A stretch of DNA of 64,000 nucleotides from positions 13,360-77,359 of the IMG/VR virus record IMGVR_UViG_3300006104_000014. One strand, given 5' to 3'. The stretch comes from a virus. Position numbers and translations under genes: made by a program. This document shows positions 21,189 through 28,391 of this stretch, piece after piece; position 1 is the first letter of the stretch, and each line of letters begins with the position of its first letter. The notes under the pieces were generated by a model. The model did no database searches, was not told the DNA's origin, and saw only the letters and a list, made by a program, of their open reading frames with translations.

Positions 21189-22587
21189 TGGGATACTCTT
21201 CTTCTTCGTTAAAGATGCTTGGTGGTTGTTCACCAGAAGCTGGGCTCTCGTCTGGGGTTTTTGCATTACCCTTGGGGATAAGACCTCTACCAAACGATGA
21301 AGGTCTACCTCTACCGGTATTTCCACCACTAGAGCCTGGCTGAGTAAAGTTACGTACACTTGGTTTTCTACTCTTTGGGGGCCCGCCTAAGGTAAACTTA
21401 TGCTTCTTTTGGACCTGACTGTAATCAATTTGGTCCAAAACAACATTAGTCCAACCCTCTTCCGACTTAGGAAGTGGCTCAATATTCTTGTATGGGTCCC
21501 AACGACCCTCAAAACTACTTAGGTCTTCTTCTGGGTGCTCTGAGTTATACTTTTCAACTTTTGACTGCTCTTCATTATATGGACCCCAGTCAAAAGCCTC
21601 AAGCTTATAGGCTTTTTCGCCAGGCTTGGTCCCCTTAAGACGTACAACGGTATGTGGCTTATCAGAGAGAGGAGCAAACTTCTCTTTCCTACCGGTCATC
21701 CAGTTGAAAGCACGCCAATTAGATGGTCTTTTACCTTTAGCCTGCAATCTATCTGTAGCTAGCTGAGCATCAAGGTCAGGCCATTCTTCGACCGTCTTTT
21801 GTCTTGGCATTCCTCTTTCATTTCTAATGATTCTGCCCTTTTGATCTCTTTCAAAGACGTTACGCTTACTGGGTCTAGTAGCACCCTTAGCACTTTCCCA
21901 GTTCCAGAACATTTGACTTGGGTCAGGAAGTTCTTTGTAGCCATCTAAGCAAGGTTGACATTCTAACCCAAATTTACCATCAATCTTTGCAGCTGGTCTT
22001 GGGCAAGCACCTGATCTTGGGTGTACACTTGTACAACGTGGAGCAAATTCTCCAATATCACTAAGAGCAATTTTATGGTGCTCTGGAAGCTCATCTTCAT
22101 CAACTTTATAGAAGTTAGGACGTGTTGGATCAGCAAAGTGGAACTGAGTCATAGAAGCTGACTTGGATAAGATACCCTTATTGGGTCCAAGGTCTCTATT
22201 ACTTTCTCTAGTATCTGAAGGGTGTCCAGACACCCAGTTAATAAGGAACTGGTTAAACTCTGGGTTCTTAGCTGCTACTCTACCGTGGGTAATATAGTGC
22301 CCACCTTCGGTTCCAGCTAAACGTACATAGTCTCCAACGTTAATTTCTTCTCTTCCGGGGACATCATAGGAAGATGCTGGAAATTGGCCTGAGTTAAACT
22401 CACGTACATCTGTACTGATTCTATAGTTTCTATTTCTACGTCGAGCTGGTTCAGCTGATCTTTGTCCAGTTTCAGCTTCTGTTTCGTAGTTAGAACCACC
22501 CTCTTCGGGTCCGTCTGGATCACTTTCGCCTTTGCCCTGCCCAAATTGCCAATTAACTGCAAGCTTTAGGGAGGGCTCTAGACTAAA
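21181..22587 (-). CDS. -1 frame portion of probable frameshift fusion protein
   Basis: Frame is open from 22593 to 21181 with no ATG/GTG/TTG until 22233; reached by -1 slip at 22584-22590. Confidence 0.65.
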   Translation of the reverse strand, partial: FSLEPSLKLAVNWQFGQGKGESDPDGPEEGGSNYETEAETGQRSAEPARRRNRNYRISTDVREFNSGQFPASSYDVPGREEINVGDYVRLAGTEGGHYITHGRVAAKNPEFNQFLINWVSGHPSDTRESNRDLGPNKGILSKSASMTQFHFADPTRPNFYKVDEDELPEHHKIALSDIGEFAPRCTSVHPRSGACPRPAAKIDGKFGLECQPCLDGYKELPDPSQMFWNWESAKGATRPSKRNVFERDQKGRIIRNERGMPRQKTVEEWPDLDAQLATDRLQAKGKRPSNWRAFNWMTGRKEKFAPLSDKPHTVVRLKGTKPGEKAYKLEAFDWGPYNEEQSKVEKYNSEHPEEDLSSFEGRWDPYKNIEPLPKSEEGWTNVVLDQIDYSQVQKKHKFTLGGPPKSRKPSVRNFTQPGSSGGNTGRGRPSSFGRGLIPKGNAKTPDESPASGEQPPSIFNEEEEYPSE

Positions 22588-22590
22588 AAA
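22534..22590 (-). promoter_or_regulatory. Programmed -1 ribosomal frameshift signal
   Basis: T_TTT_TTA heptamer in zero frame, 7-nt spacer, stem-loop GCCCTCCC...GGGCAGGGC. Confidence 0.65.
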
Positions 22591-22928
22591 TAGTCACTCA
22601 ACTTTGGAGCAGAAGTTACTCTATCTGTACTAGTTGCTGGTTTGCAAATTTGGCAAGAAGCATGACGTAACTGCCATTCATCATAAATAGCTCTAACTAA
22701 CTTACCCTTATTGTCGGATACGGAAGCTAACTTCCTACGGGCAGCACTATTGATGGTGTCATCAACCATCTGGCAACGGAGAGCAAACTCTTTATCCGTG
22801 TGAGCAAGGAAAATGAAGTCTCCTGCTTTAGAAAGTACTTCATGTTTGGCTGAAATTACAGCTTTACCGGCCGTCTTAGCATTAAAGACAAGGTCCTGGG
22901 TTGAGTCAAAATCAAATAACGATGACAT
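22578..22928 (-). CDS. Hypothetical protein (116 aa, start MSSLFDF); N-terminal partner of frameshift
   Basis: GGAG RBS before ATG 22928; the longer track ORF overlaps a tRNA fragment. Confidence 0.7.
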   Translation of the reverse strand: MSSLFDFDSTQDLVFNAKTAGKAVISAKHEVLSKAGDFIFLAHTDKEFALRCQMVDDTINSAARRKLASVSDNKGKLVRAIYDEWQLRHASCQICKPATSTDRVTSAPKLSDYFLV

Positions 22929-23008
22929 AATAGGCTCCGTATTCTGTTGCAATAGCAACGCTGGACAAGTACTTCGCCACTTACTTTGAATACTATACCT
23001 CTTTACAT

Positions 23009-23040
23009 TGGTCCGGAGAACAGGAATTGAACCTGTGACC
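23009..23040 (-). pseudogene. tRNA 3' half fragment (T-arm, acceptor strand, CCA)
   Basis: GGTCACAGGTTCAATTCCTGTTCTCCGGACCA with no matching 5' half. Confidence 0.6.
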
Positions 23041-23049
23041 ATGGAAATG

Positions 23050-23120
23050 TCCGGGTGGTAGGGGTCGAACCTACGGGGCCAGAGATATAAGCTCTAGTTG
23101 GATAACCGATCCACACCCGG
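23050..23120 (-). tRNA. Atypical tRNA with UAU anticodon (Ile), compact D-arm
   Basis: CCGGGTG/CACCCGG acceptor, GGAT/ATCC D-stem, CTAGAG-CTTATAT-CTCTGG, GTAGG-TTCGACC-CCTAC. Confidence 0.75.
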
Positions 23121-23129
23121 TAAGCTGAG

Positions 23130-23201
23130 CTGAGGGGGAAGGATTCGAACCCTCGACATTCGGGACCAAAACCCGACGTTCTACCACTGAACTACCCCTC
23201 A
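23130..23201 (-). tRNA. tRNA-Gln(UUG)
   Basis: Full cloverleaf, TCGGG-TTTTGGT-CCCGA. Confidence 0.92.
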
Positions 23202-23204
23202 AGG

Positions 23205-23293
23205 TGAGAAGGAGTCAGCACCCTGTTTGTAGAGGTCTCCTGCGCATTAATCAAACAGACTCCCTATCCTTACGGTATAGGGCATCCTTCTCA
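23205..23293 (-). ncRNA. Putative three-stem structured RNA in tRNA cluster
   Basis: TGAGAAGGA/TCCTTCTCA closing stem; CCCTAT/ATAGGG and CTGTTTG/CAAACAG arms. Confidence 0.45.
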
Positions 23294-23327
23294 ACTCCTA
23301 GACTGAGCTAGGAAACTTATTACTTAG

Positions 23328-23567
23328 TTACTTAGTTACTGGTGGTGTTGTAGCTGGAACTGGAAGTGCACCAAGTAACCAGGAAAGCTTTGGATACTTC
23401 TCTTCAAGCTTACGGATAGCAGCGTAGTAACCAGTTGAGAGTACAGGAGCTAAAACAGCAAACTGTCCACTCTTAAGATTAAAACCTTTACTGGCTAACC
23501 AAGCAACTACGGTACCAACAACGACCGGAACACCGGTTCTAACGACATTACGCAAGTAGTTTTGCAT
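23328..23567 (-). CDS. Holin-like two-TM membrane protein
   Basis: RT.VP.VVG..VAWL, YYAAIRKLE.KYP..SWLLG typical of actinophage holins. Confidence 0.65.
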   Translation of the reverse strand: MQNYLRNVVRTGVPVVVGTVVAWLASKGFNLKSGQFAVLAPVLSTGYYAAIRKLEEKYPKLSWLLGALPVPATTPPVTK

Positions 23568-23589
23568 AACTTTTCCTTTCTTTTAGGAG

Positions 23590-23661
23590 AGCCCCCGACA
23601 GGAATTGAACCTGTATCCGCTGATTACAAAACAGCCGTAATATCCATTATACTACAGAGGC
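23590..23661 (-). tRNA. tRNA-Thr(UGU)
   Basis: GCCTCTG/CGGGGGC acceptor, loop TTTGTAA, T-arm ACAGG-TTCAATT-CCTGT. Confidence 0.85.
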
Positions 23662-23666
23662 AATTA

Positions 23667-23828
23667 TTACTCTACTTCAGAAAACTTAATAGTACCTTGT
23701 ACGTTGTTAACTTGGTTCCTCAATGAAGTAACAAGTTGGGTAAAGGTTTCATGGACCTCTTGCTCAGCTAACTCAGATGTTTGAAGATTAGCTGGATTAA
23801 ATGTGAACTCAATAGTGACTTTTCTCAT
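23667..23828 (-). CDS. Small hypothetical protein (53 aa, MRKVTIEFTF...)
   Basis: Manual translation; below ORF-track cutoff. Confidence 0.5.
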   Translation of the reverse strand: MRKVTIEFTFNPANLQTSELAEQEVHETFTQLVTSLRNQVNNVQGTIKFSEVE

Positions 23829-23868
23829 ATTATTAGTTTATACCTACTATTTTAACTAATCAAGTAGA

Positions 23869-24375
23869 TTAGTAACTTGTTTGCATAAAGTCATCTGCAT
23901 TGGTTCTATCAGCATACGGTTGTCGATGATGTATCATTACTGGGATGGGGGTATCAGGAGCTAAATGGTATAAGCTTATAAGTCTATGATGACCTTCAAA
24001 AATTTCTCTATTGCTGCTTTTTTGGTGATATGGACTGAGTGACTTATAATCATCTTTTAGGTGCAGTAAGGAAACAGGTTCTTTTAGCCCATTCTTTTTA
24101 AGATCATCGTATAACCCAGACTCTTTGGCTTTTTGTAATTTATCGTTCCAAAAAAGTTTTTGATTATTGGGGCTACGGTAATCAGTATCCTCTGATGCAT
24201 TCCACTCTTCTGGATCAACTTTTGAAGGTGTACCTGGACCATTACCAAATAATGAGTCATGGAATTCTCCTTCATTAACTGCATAATTGGATATTATGTC
24301 ACGGGGAGTTTTATACTCTATGTGATGGTAAGCAGAACGAGGTGCTATAGCGTATCTTTATTTCCAATTAATCAT
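23869..24375 (-). pseudogene. ParB/Srx-like paralogue with premature TAA at codon 6
   Basis: MINWK*RYAIAP..EYKTPRDIISNY..KESGLYDDLKKNGL..EIFEGHHRLIS matches 24777..25175. Confidence 0.8.
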
Positions 24376-24381
24376 TTTGGA

Positions 24382-24777
24382 TTATCTATCTAAAAAGGGT
24401 CCATGGGGGATACCAGGGCTTGCAGCGGTGGGGTCGTAAGCAATGTATTTAACTGTCAATTCTTCGTCTTTTCCAACTGGTTTAATTGCACGTAAACTAC
24501 TAAACATATCATTTTCACCATGTCTATAAAACTCACAATTAGGAGTTTCGGCGTTATGATTGATATAGGCGCCAGTAGGTGTACGAATAACTCCTTCAGC
24601 AAATCTCCCATCACCTCTAATATGGGTAACACCAAAATCTCTACCAGCTGGAATGTCTTCTTTTGCAAAAAGACCGTTTCCGTGAATAGAAGAAGGTCTT
24701 ACATCTAATTCGTTGGGTAAGGGTTTCCAAAAACCTTGCTCACTCCAACCGGCGTATCTTTGTTTCCAATTAATCAT
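24382..24777 (-). CDS. SET-domain protein (lysine methyltransferase-like) with NWKQRYA leader
   Basis: SSIHGNGLFAKEDIPAG, YINHN..PNC, LRAIKP..KDEELTVKY. Confidence 0.85.
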   Translation of the reverse strand: MINWKQRYAGWSEQGFWKPLPNELDVRPSSIHGNGLFAKEDIPAGRDFGVTHIRGDGRFAEGVIRTPTGAYINHNAETPNCEFYRHGENDMFSSLRAIKPVGKDEELTVKYIAYDPTAASPGIPHGPFLDR

Positions 24778-25175
24778 TAGAGGTCTCCGTTATTATAAGT
24801 AGAACGTGGATAGAAATATGGATTATCTGTTAAGATCTTTACTGGGATCGGCTTATCTGAAGCTATTTCCAATGAACTAATAAGTCTGTGGTGTCCTTCA
24901 AAAATTTCTTTATCAGCAACATTTCCATCTCCGCCACCCTTATATTCGATGACGGCAATAGGTTTACTTAGACCATTCTTTTTAATGTCATCATGTAATC
25001 CAGACTCTTTAGATTCTTTTAGCTTTTGTTGCCAAAAATTCTCTGGGTCAGGAGAGTCAGATAGTTCACCCATATTAACTTCATAGTTAGATATTATTTC
25101 TCTAGGAGTTTTATACTCCATACGATCATAGTCAGCATGTGGTGCTATAGCGTATCTTTGTTTCCAATTAATCAT
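24777..25175 (-). CDS. ParB/Srx-like domain protein with NWKQRYA leader
   Basis: DIKKNGLSKPIAV, IFEGHHRL, PIPV; likely start at MINWKQ. Confidence 0.75.
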   Translation of the reverse strand: MINWKQRYAIAPHADYDRMEYKTPREIISNYEVNMGELSDSPDPENFWQQKLKESKESGLHDDIKKNGLSKPIAVIEYKGGGDGNVADKEIFEGHHRLISSLEIASDKPIPVKILTDNPYFYPRSTYNNGDL

Positions 25176-25731
25176 TTGGAATCTCCACATTGAAAGCTGA
25201 AGCTAAGTCAGCAGGCATCATTTCATTAGGGTCTCTGTCAAAGATGACACCACCAGCCCATAGGGCCATAGCTGCAGCAGTTGAACAAACCTTGGAATTA
25301 CTAGAAGAGAATTGAATCTTAATACCTGTAAGGAGCTGTAAAGTAATAGAGGTAATAGTTAACCAACCGTACTTATCCTTAAGGAAAGAGGTCATAGCAG
25401 CTACAGATTGCTCTCTGCTTTGCTTGTTGAGCTTAGTACTTACAATTACATACTCAACATCTTTATAGTCATCAATATGTCCATAAGAAACACCACGTCC
25501 TACGGCTTCAATAATAGTACCGGTATTATCTACTACCATAGCAACATGGTTCCAATGAGCAAATTTTTTCATTTCCCCATGATATCTGATGAATTGGCCA
25601 ACTCTAATCAGCTCAGCAGGAATACCAGTTTGGTGAGTAAAAATTATATCCCCAGGTTGGAATCTAGTAGGGGCTTGTCCTACTCCATAGTAGGTAAACT
25701 TAGTAGTCGTCAAAATCATCTCCGTAATCAC
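25168..25731 (-). CDS. Permuted papain-like NlpC/P60 enzyme (YaeF/YiiX type)
   Basis: QPGDIIF, WNHVAM, IIEA, later VCS..A and PADL (His before Cys). Confidence 0.75.
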   Translation of the reverse strand: MITEMILTTTKFTYYGVGQAPTRFQPGDIIFTHQTGIPAELIRVGQFIRYHGEMKKFAHWNHVAMVVDNTGTIIEAVGRGVSYGHIDDYKDVEYVIVSTKLNKQSREQSVAAMTSFLKDKYGWLTITSITLQLLTGIKIQFSSSNSKVCSTAAAMALWAGGVIFDRDPNEMMPADLASAFNVEIPND

Positions 25732-26815
25732 TGTCGTATATATTATCTGCTAAACCAAACATTTTAGAACCAAATGCTGTACTCCAAGAGCTGCCACCAG
25801 TAGGTACTCCAGCTGGTTGTCCAGCTCCGGTAGTTTGTACTTCTAATGCGGTAGGGTCCCGAACTATTTTACTGGGATCATCCTCATCTTGCTCTGTAGT
25901 AAACCCCATACCATTAGAACCACCATGGAAAAAGGTACCCGAATCCCTATTAAGGGGTTCCGTCCCTTCAGCATTAGAGCTTGTTTCTGTACTTGTAGGG
26001 TTTACGGTATCTAATCCACTTGTTTGCCCAGACCCACCGTTTTCAACTCCAAAAACAGCACCTGTTTCTTCAGCGTTAAAATTATTAGATTCAGCTTGGA
26101 AAATCCAAGAAGAAACTCTTTTACTAGCAGTTCCTGTAAGACTATTAGCATCACTGGTAAGGTCTTTCCCAGTAGAACCTAAGTCATTTTCCTCTGTATC
26201 TCCGGCAAAAGCTGGAGAAATATTACCAGGTCCAGAGGGACTAGACGAAGTAGCTGGGGTATCAGTGTCAGCTTCAACAACCCAAGAAGTCTTTGTAGCT
26301 ACAGTGCCAGAGAAAGCAGCCCCATCTCCAAGTAATTGTACTATACTCCTAGATTTGTCTTCTAGGGGGTCTTTAACAACTACTCCACCCTTAATACTAT
26401 CCGTAAGACCAGTAATGGGGTCCTTTTCCTTCTTACCCATATGGTCTCCAATAGTATAGGACATTTGTCCTTCTCCAGATTCTCCAGTTGGATCTAGCAC
26501 TCTATAGCCTTCTAATTTTACGTCTACTGGAAGATCTTGGGGGTTTTTACTGGTAAACTTAGGGATTCTTCTAACTTCTCTTTTAGACTCACCCGTACTT
26601 ACGGCCTGTACAAAACTAGTAAAAAGAAGCTTATCTCTTACTTGAGTTGGGGTCAGTTGGTCAGTATCTACAGTGATACTAAATCTACCATCTTTAGCAT
26701 CTGTTATCTCTGGGTTCATAGACTTGAAACCTAAGATAATATTTTGGAGTACGTAATCTCTGTTGTATTCTGTAACAAGATTGTTTAATCTACACCTAAA
26801 CGTTTTTCTAACCAT
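25700..26815 (-). CDS. Hypothetical protein with low-complexity acidic C-terminus
   Basis: 371 aa ORF. Confidence 0.7.
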   Translation of the reverse strand: MVRKTFRCRLNNLVTEYNRDYVLQNIILGFKSMNPEITDAKDGRFSITVDTDQLTPTQVRDKLLFTSFVQAVSTGESKREVRRIPKFTSKNPQDLPVDVKLEGYRVLDPTGESGEGQMSYTIGDHMGKKEKDPITGLTDSIKGGVVVKDPLEDKSRSIVQLLGDGAAFSGTVATKTSWVVEADTDTPATSSSPSGPGNISPAFAGDTEENDLGSTGKDLTSDANSLTGTASKRVSSWIFQAESNNFNAEETGAVFGVENGGSGQTSGLDTVNPTSTETSSNAEGTEPLNRDSGTFFHGGSNGMGFTTEQDEDDPSKIVRDPTALEVQTTGAGQPAGVPTGGSSWSTAFGSKMFGLADNIYDSDYGDDFDDY

Positions 26816-26841
26816 ATTACTTACTTGACATAGTTAGAACT

Positions 26842-27675
26842 TTACAGGTTAGGGTACTTCTTACTCATAAATCTCTCTAAAGACATACCCTCATATCTTC
26901 TGCAAAGGTAGTTAAGGGAAACAAACATGGGATCGTAAGCACCATCTTTTACTTCATGCTTGATGATGATTCCTCTCCAGTGAGCATTCCCTTGAGGCCC
27001 CTTATAGTCTTCATTATGCAAGTAACAAGCACCAGCAACTAATCCATGCTGTGCTTTACCACCTACGAATCTAATAGCATGCATAAGAGTCTGTTGGTGA
27101 CCCATTGTAAATGAGTGTCCAATGTTCTTAAGTCTATTTTCAGCTGTTCCAGTGTATGGAGTACCAGTCATAGGGTTATAGAAAAAGTGACTGTAAGCTA
27201 CACCATCTAGCCATAATACCTCTTTAAATGGGAGAGTAGTCCAACCAGATTCTCTATAGTTTAAATCATCAATAGAAATGACACCCTCTAATTGGGCGTC
27301 AGACTCAATGGCTCTATTAATTCTATCCTCGTGGTTACCTAAGGTAATATACTTTTCAGGTTCCCAAATCTTCTTGTGATTCCTTTGTTGGAACTTTTTA
27401 TAATCGTCTAAAGGACTATTTAATATCCTCCAGGCCTTTTTAGCTGCTTCTATGTCAGCTTTATACCTTCTACCTTCCATGGCCTTTTTACCCTTGTCAT
27501 AAGAAGACAAAGAGGGCATATCTCCATGATCACCAGCATGGATGATTTTTAAGGGTTTATCATGAAATTGTTCAACAAGGTAGTTACCAATCCAGTCCAA
27601 ATGGTCTGTTGGAACTCCTTCTTTAGCTTGGGTATCAGGAATAAATGCGTGTGTTACTGGCTCTAAGTCCTTCAC
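26842..27675 (-). CDS. Calcineurin-like metallophosphoesterase
   Basis: IPDTQ, GDHGD, GNHEDR, YSHF, GHQQ motifs. Confidence 0.85.
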   Translation of the reverse strand: MKDLEPVTHAFIPDTQAKEGVPTDHLDWIGNYLVEQFHDKPLKIIHAGDHGDMPSLSSYDKGKKAMEGRRYKADIEAAKKAWRILNSPLDDYKKFQQRNHKKIWEPEKYITLGNHEDRINRAIESDAQLEGVISIDDLNYRESGWTTLPFKEVLWLDGVAYSHFFYNPMTGTPYTGTAENRLKNIGHSFTMGHQQTLMHAIRFVGGKAQHGLVAGACYLHNEDYKGPQGNAHWRGIIIKHEVKDGAYDPMFVSLNYLCRRYEGMSLERFMSKKYPNL

Positions 27676-27814
27676 ACCATCTCCTAGTTGTTGTTAGACC
27701 CATCGTTGTCGTCTATGCCACCATCATCATCTCTTGGAACAGCAGTAGCAGAAAGTGGTTGCTTATCAATAAGGGTATCTGACCCTTTGGTCCCAGGTTG
27801 ACTATATTTAATCA

Positions 27815-28099
27815 TTAGTGGGTCCTCCTATGTCTATCTATTCTATTCTCAAAGTTTTCTAAGAGAATTTTCTTTGCTTTTTCTTCTACTTTAGGTAATC
27901 TATCTTGCCAGACTACTCTGTTGACATCTAGCAAGGTAACAAATCCCTGCCACCTACCCTCCTCACCAGTAAGTTGAGCCTCTAAAGTTATTTGACACTT
28001 AGTGCACATCCACTGTTGAATAGTTTCACAGGGGAGAACAACTTCAAATTCATCTCTTGGAGAGTTAAGGGTTACACCTTCGGGTAATTCAGAAATCAT
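27815..28099 (-). CDS. Hypothetical protein
   Basis: 94 aa ORF. Confidence 0.6.
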   Translation of the reverse strand: MISELPEGVTLNSPRDEFEVVLPCETIQQWMCTKCQITLEAQLTGEEGRWQGFVTLLDVNRVVWQDRLPKVEEKAKKILLENFENRIDRHRRTH

Positions 28100-28101
28100 A
28101 A

Positions 28102-28335
28102 TTAAAGTGATCGAGCAGCTGCAAGGCCTAAGCTTTGTAAGTAGCTCGTAATATCCTTATCTTGTAGGGCAGCTAAAGCACCCATAGAGGAAAGCAATAA
28201 ACCAGCTAGAGCACTAAATAGCTCCATTGGATCACTCTCTTCTACAGCAGAATGAGCTTCTTCTTCCTGCCCAGATAAAATAGCCGTTAGTAAGGCTACA
28301 ACCTTAATAATATTTTCAGCAGCGTTATCTTCCAT
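28102..28335 (-). CDS. Small helical hypothetical protein
   Basis: 77 aa, AAGGA RBS. Confidence 0.6.
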   Translation of the reverse strand: MEDNAAENIIKVVALLTAILSGQEEEAHSAVEESDPMELFSALAGLLLSSMGALAALQDKDITSYLQSLGLAAARSL

Positions 28336-28391
28336 ACCGTTCCTTTTTACTGGTTATGGGATACTTAAAGAATAACATTACTAATTTAGCT

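Noticed and set aside
22317-22562. 81-aa minus-strand ORF
   Set aside because: TTG start without a clear RBS; overlaps the longer open frame explained by the frameshift
23869-24375. Genome-wide stop-codon reassignment
   Set aside because: TAA, TAG and TGA all end well-formed, coupled genes and long ORFs are intact in the standard code; only one internal TAA was seen
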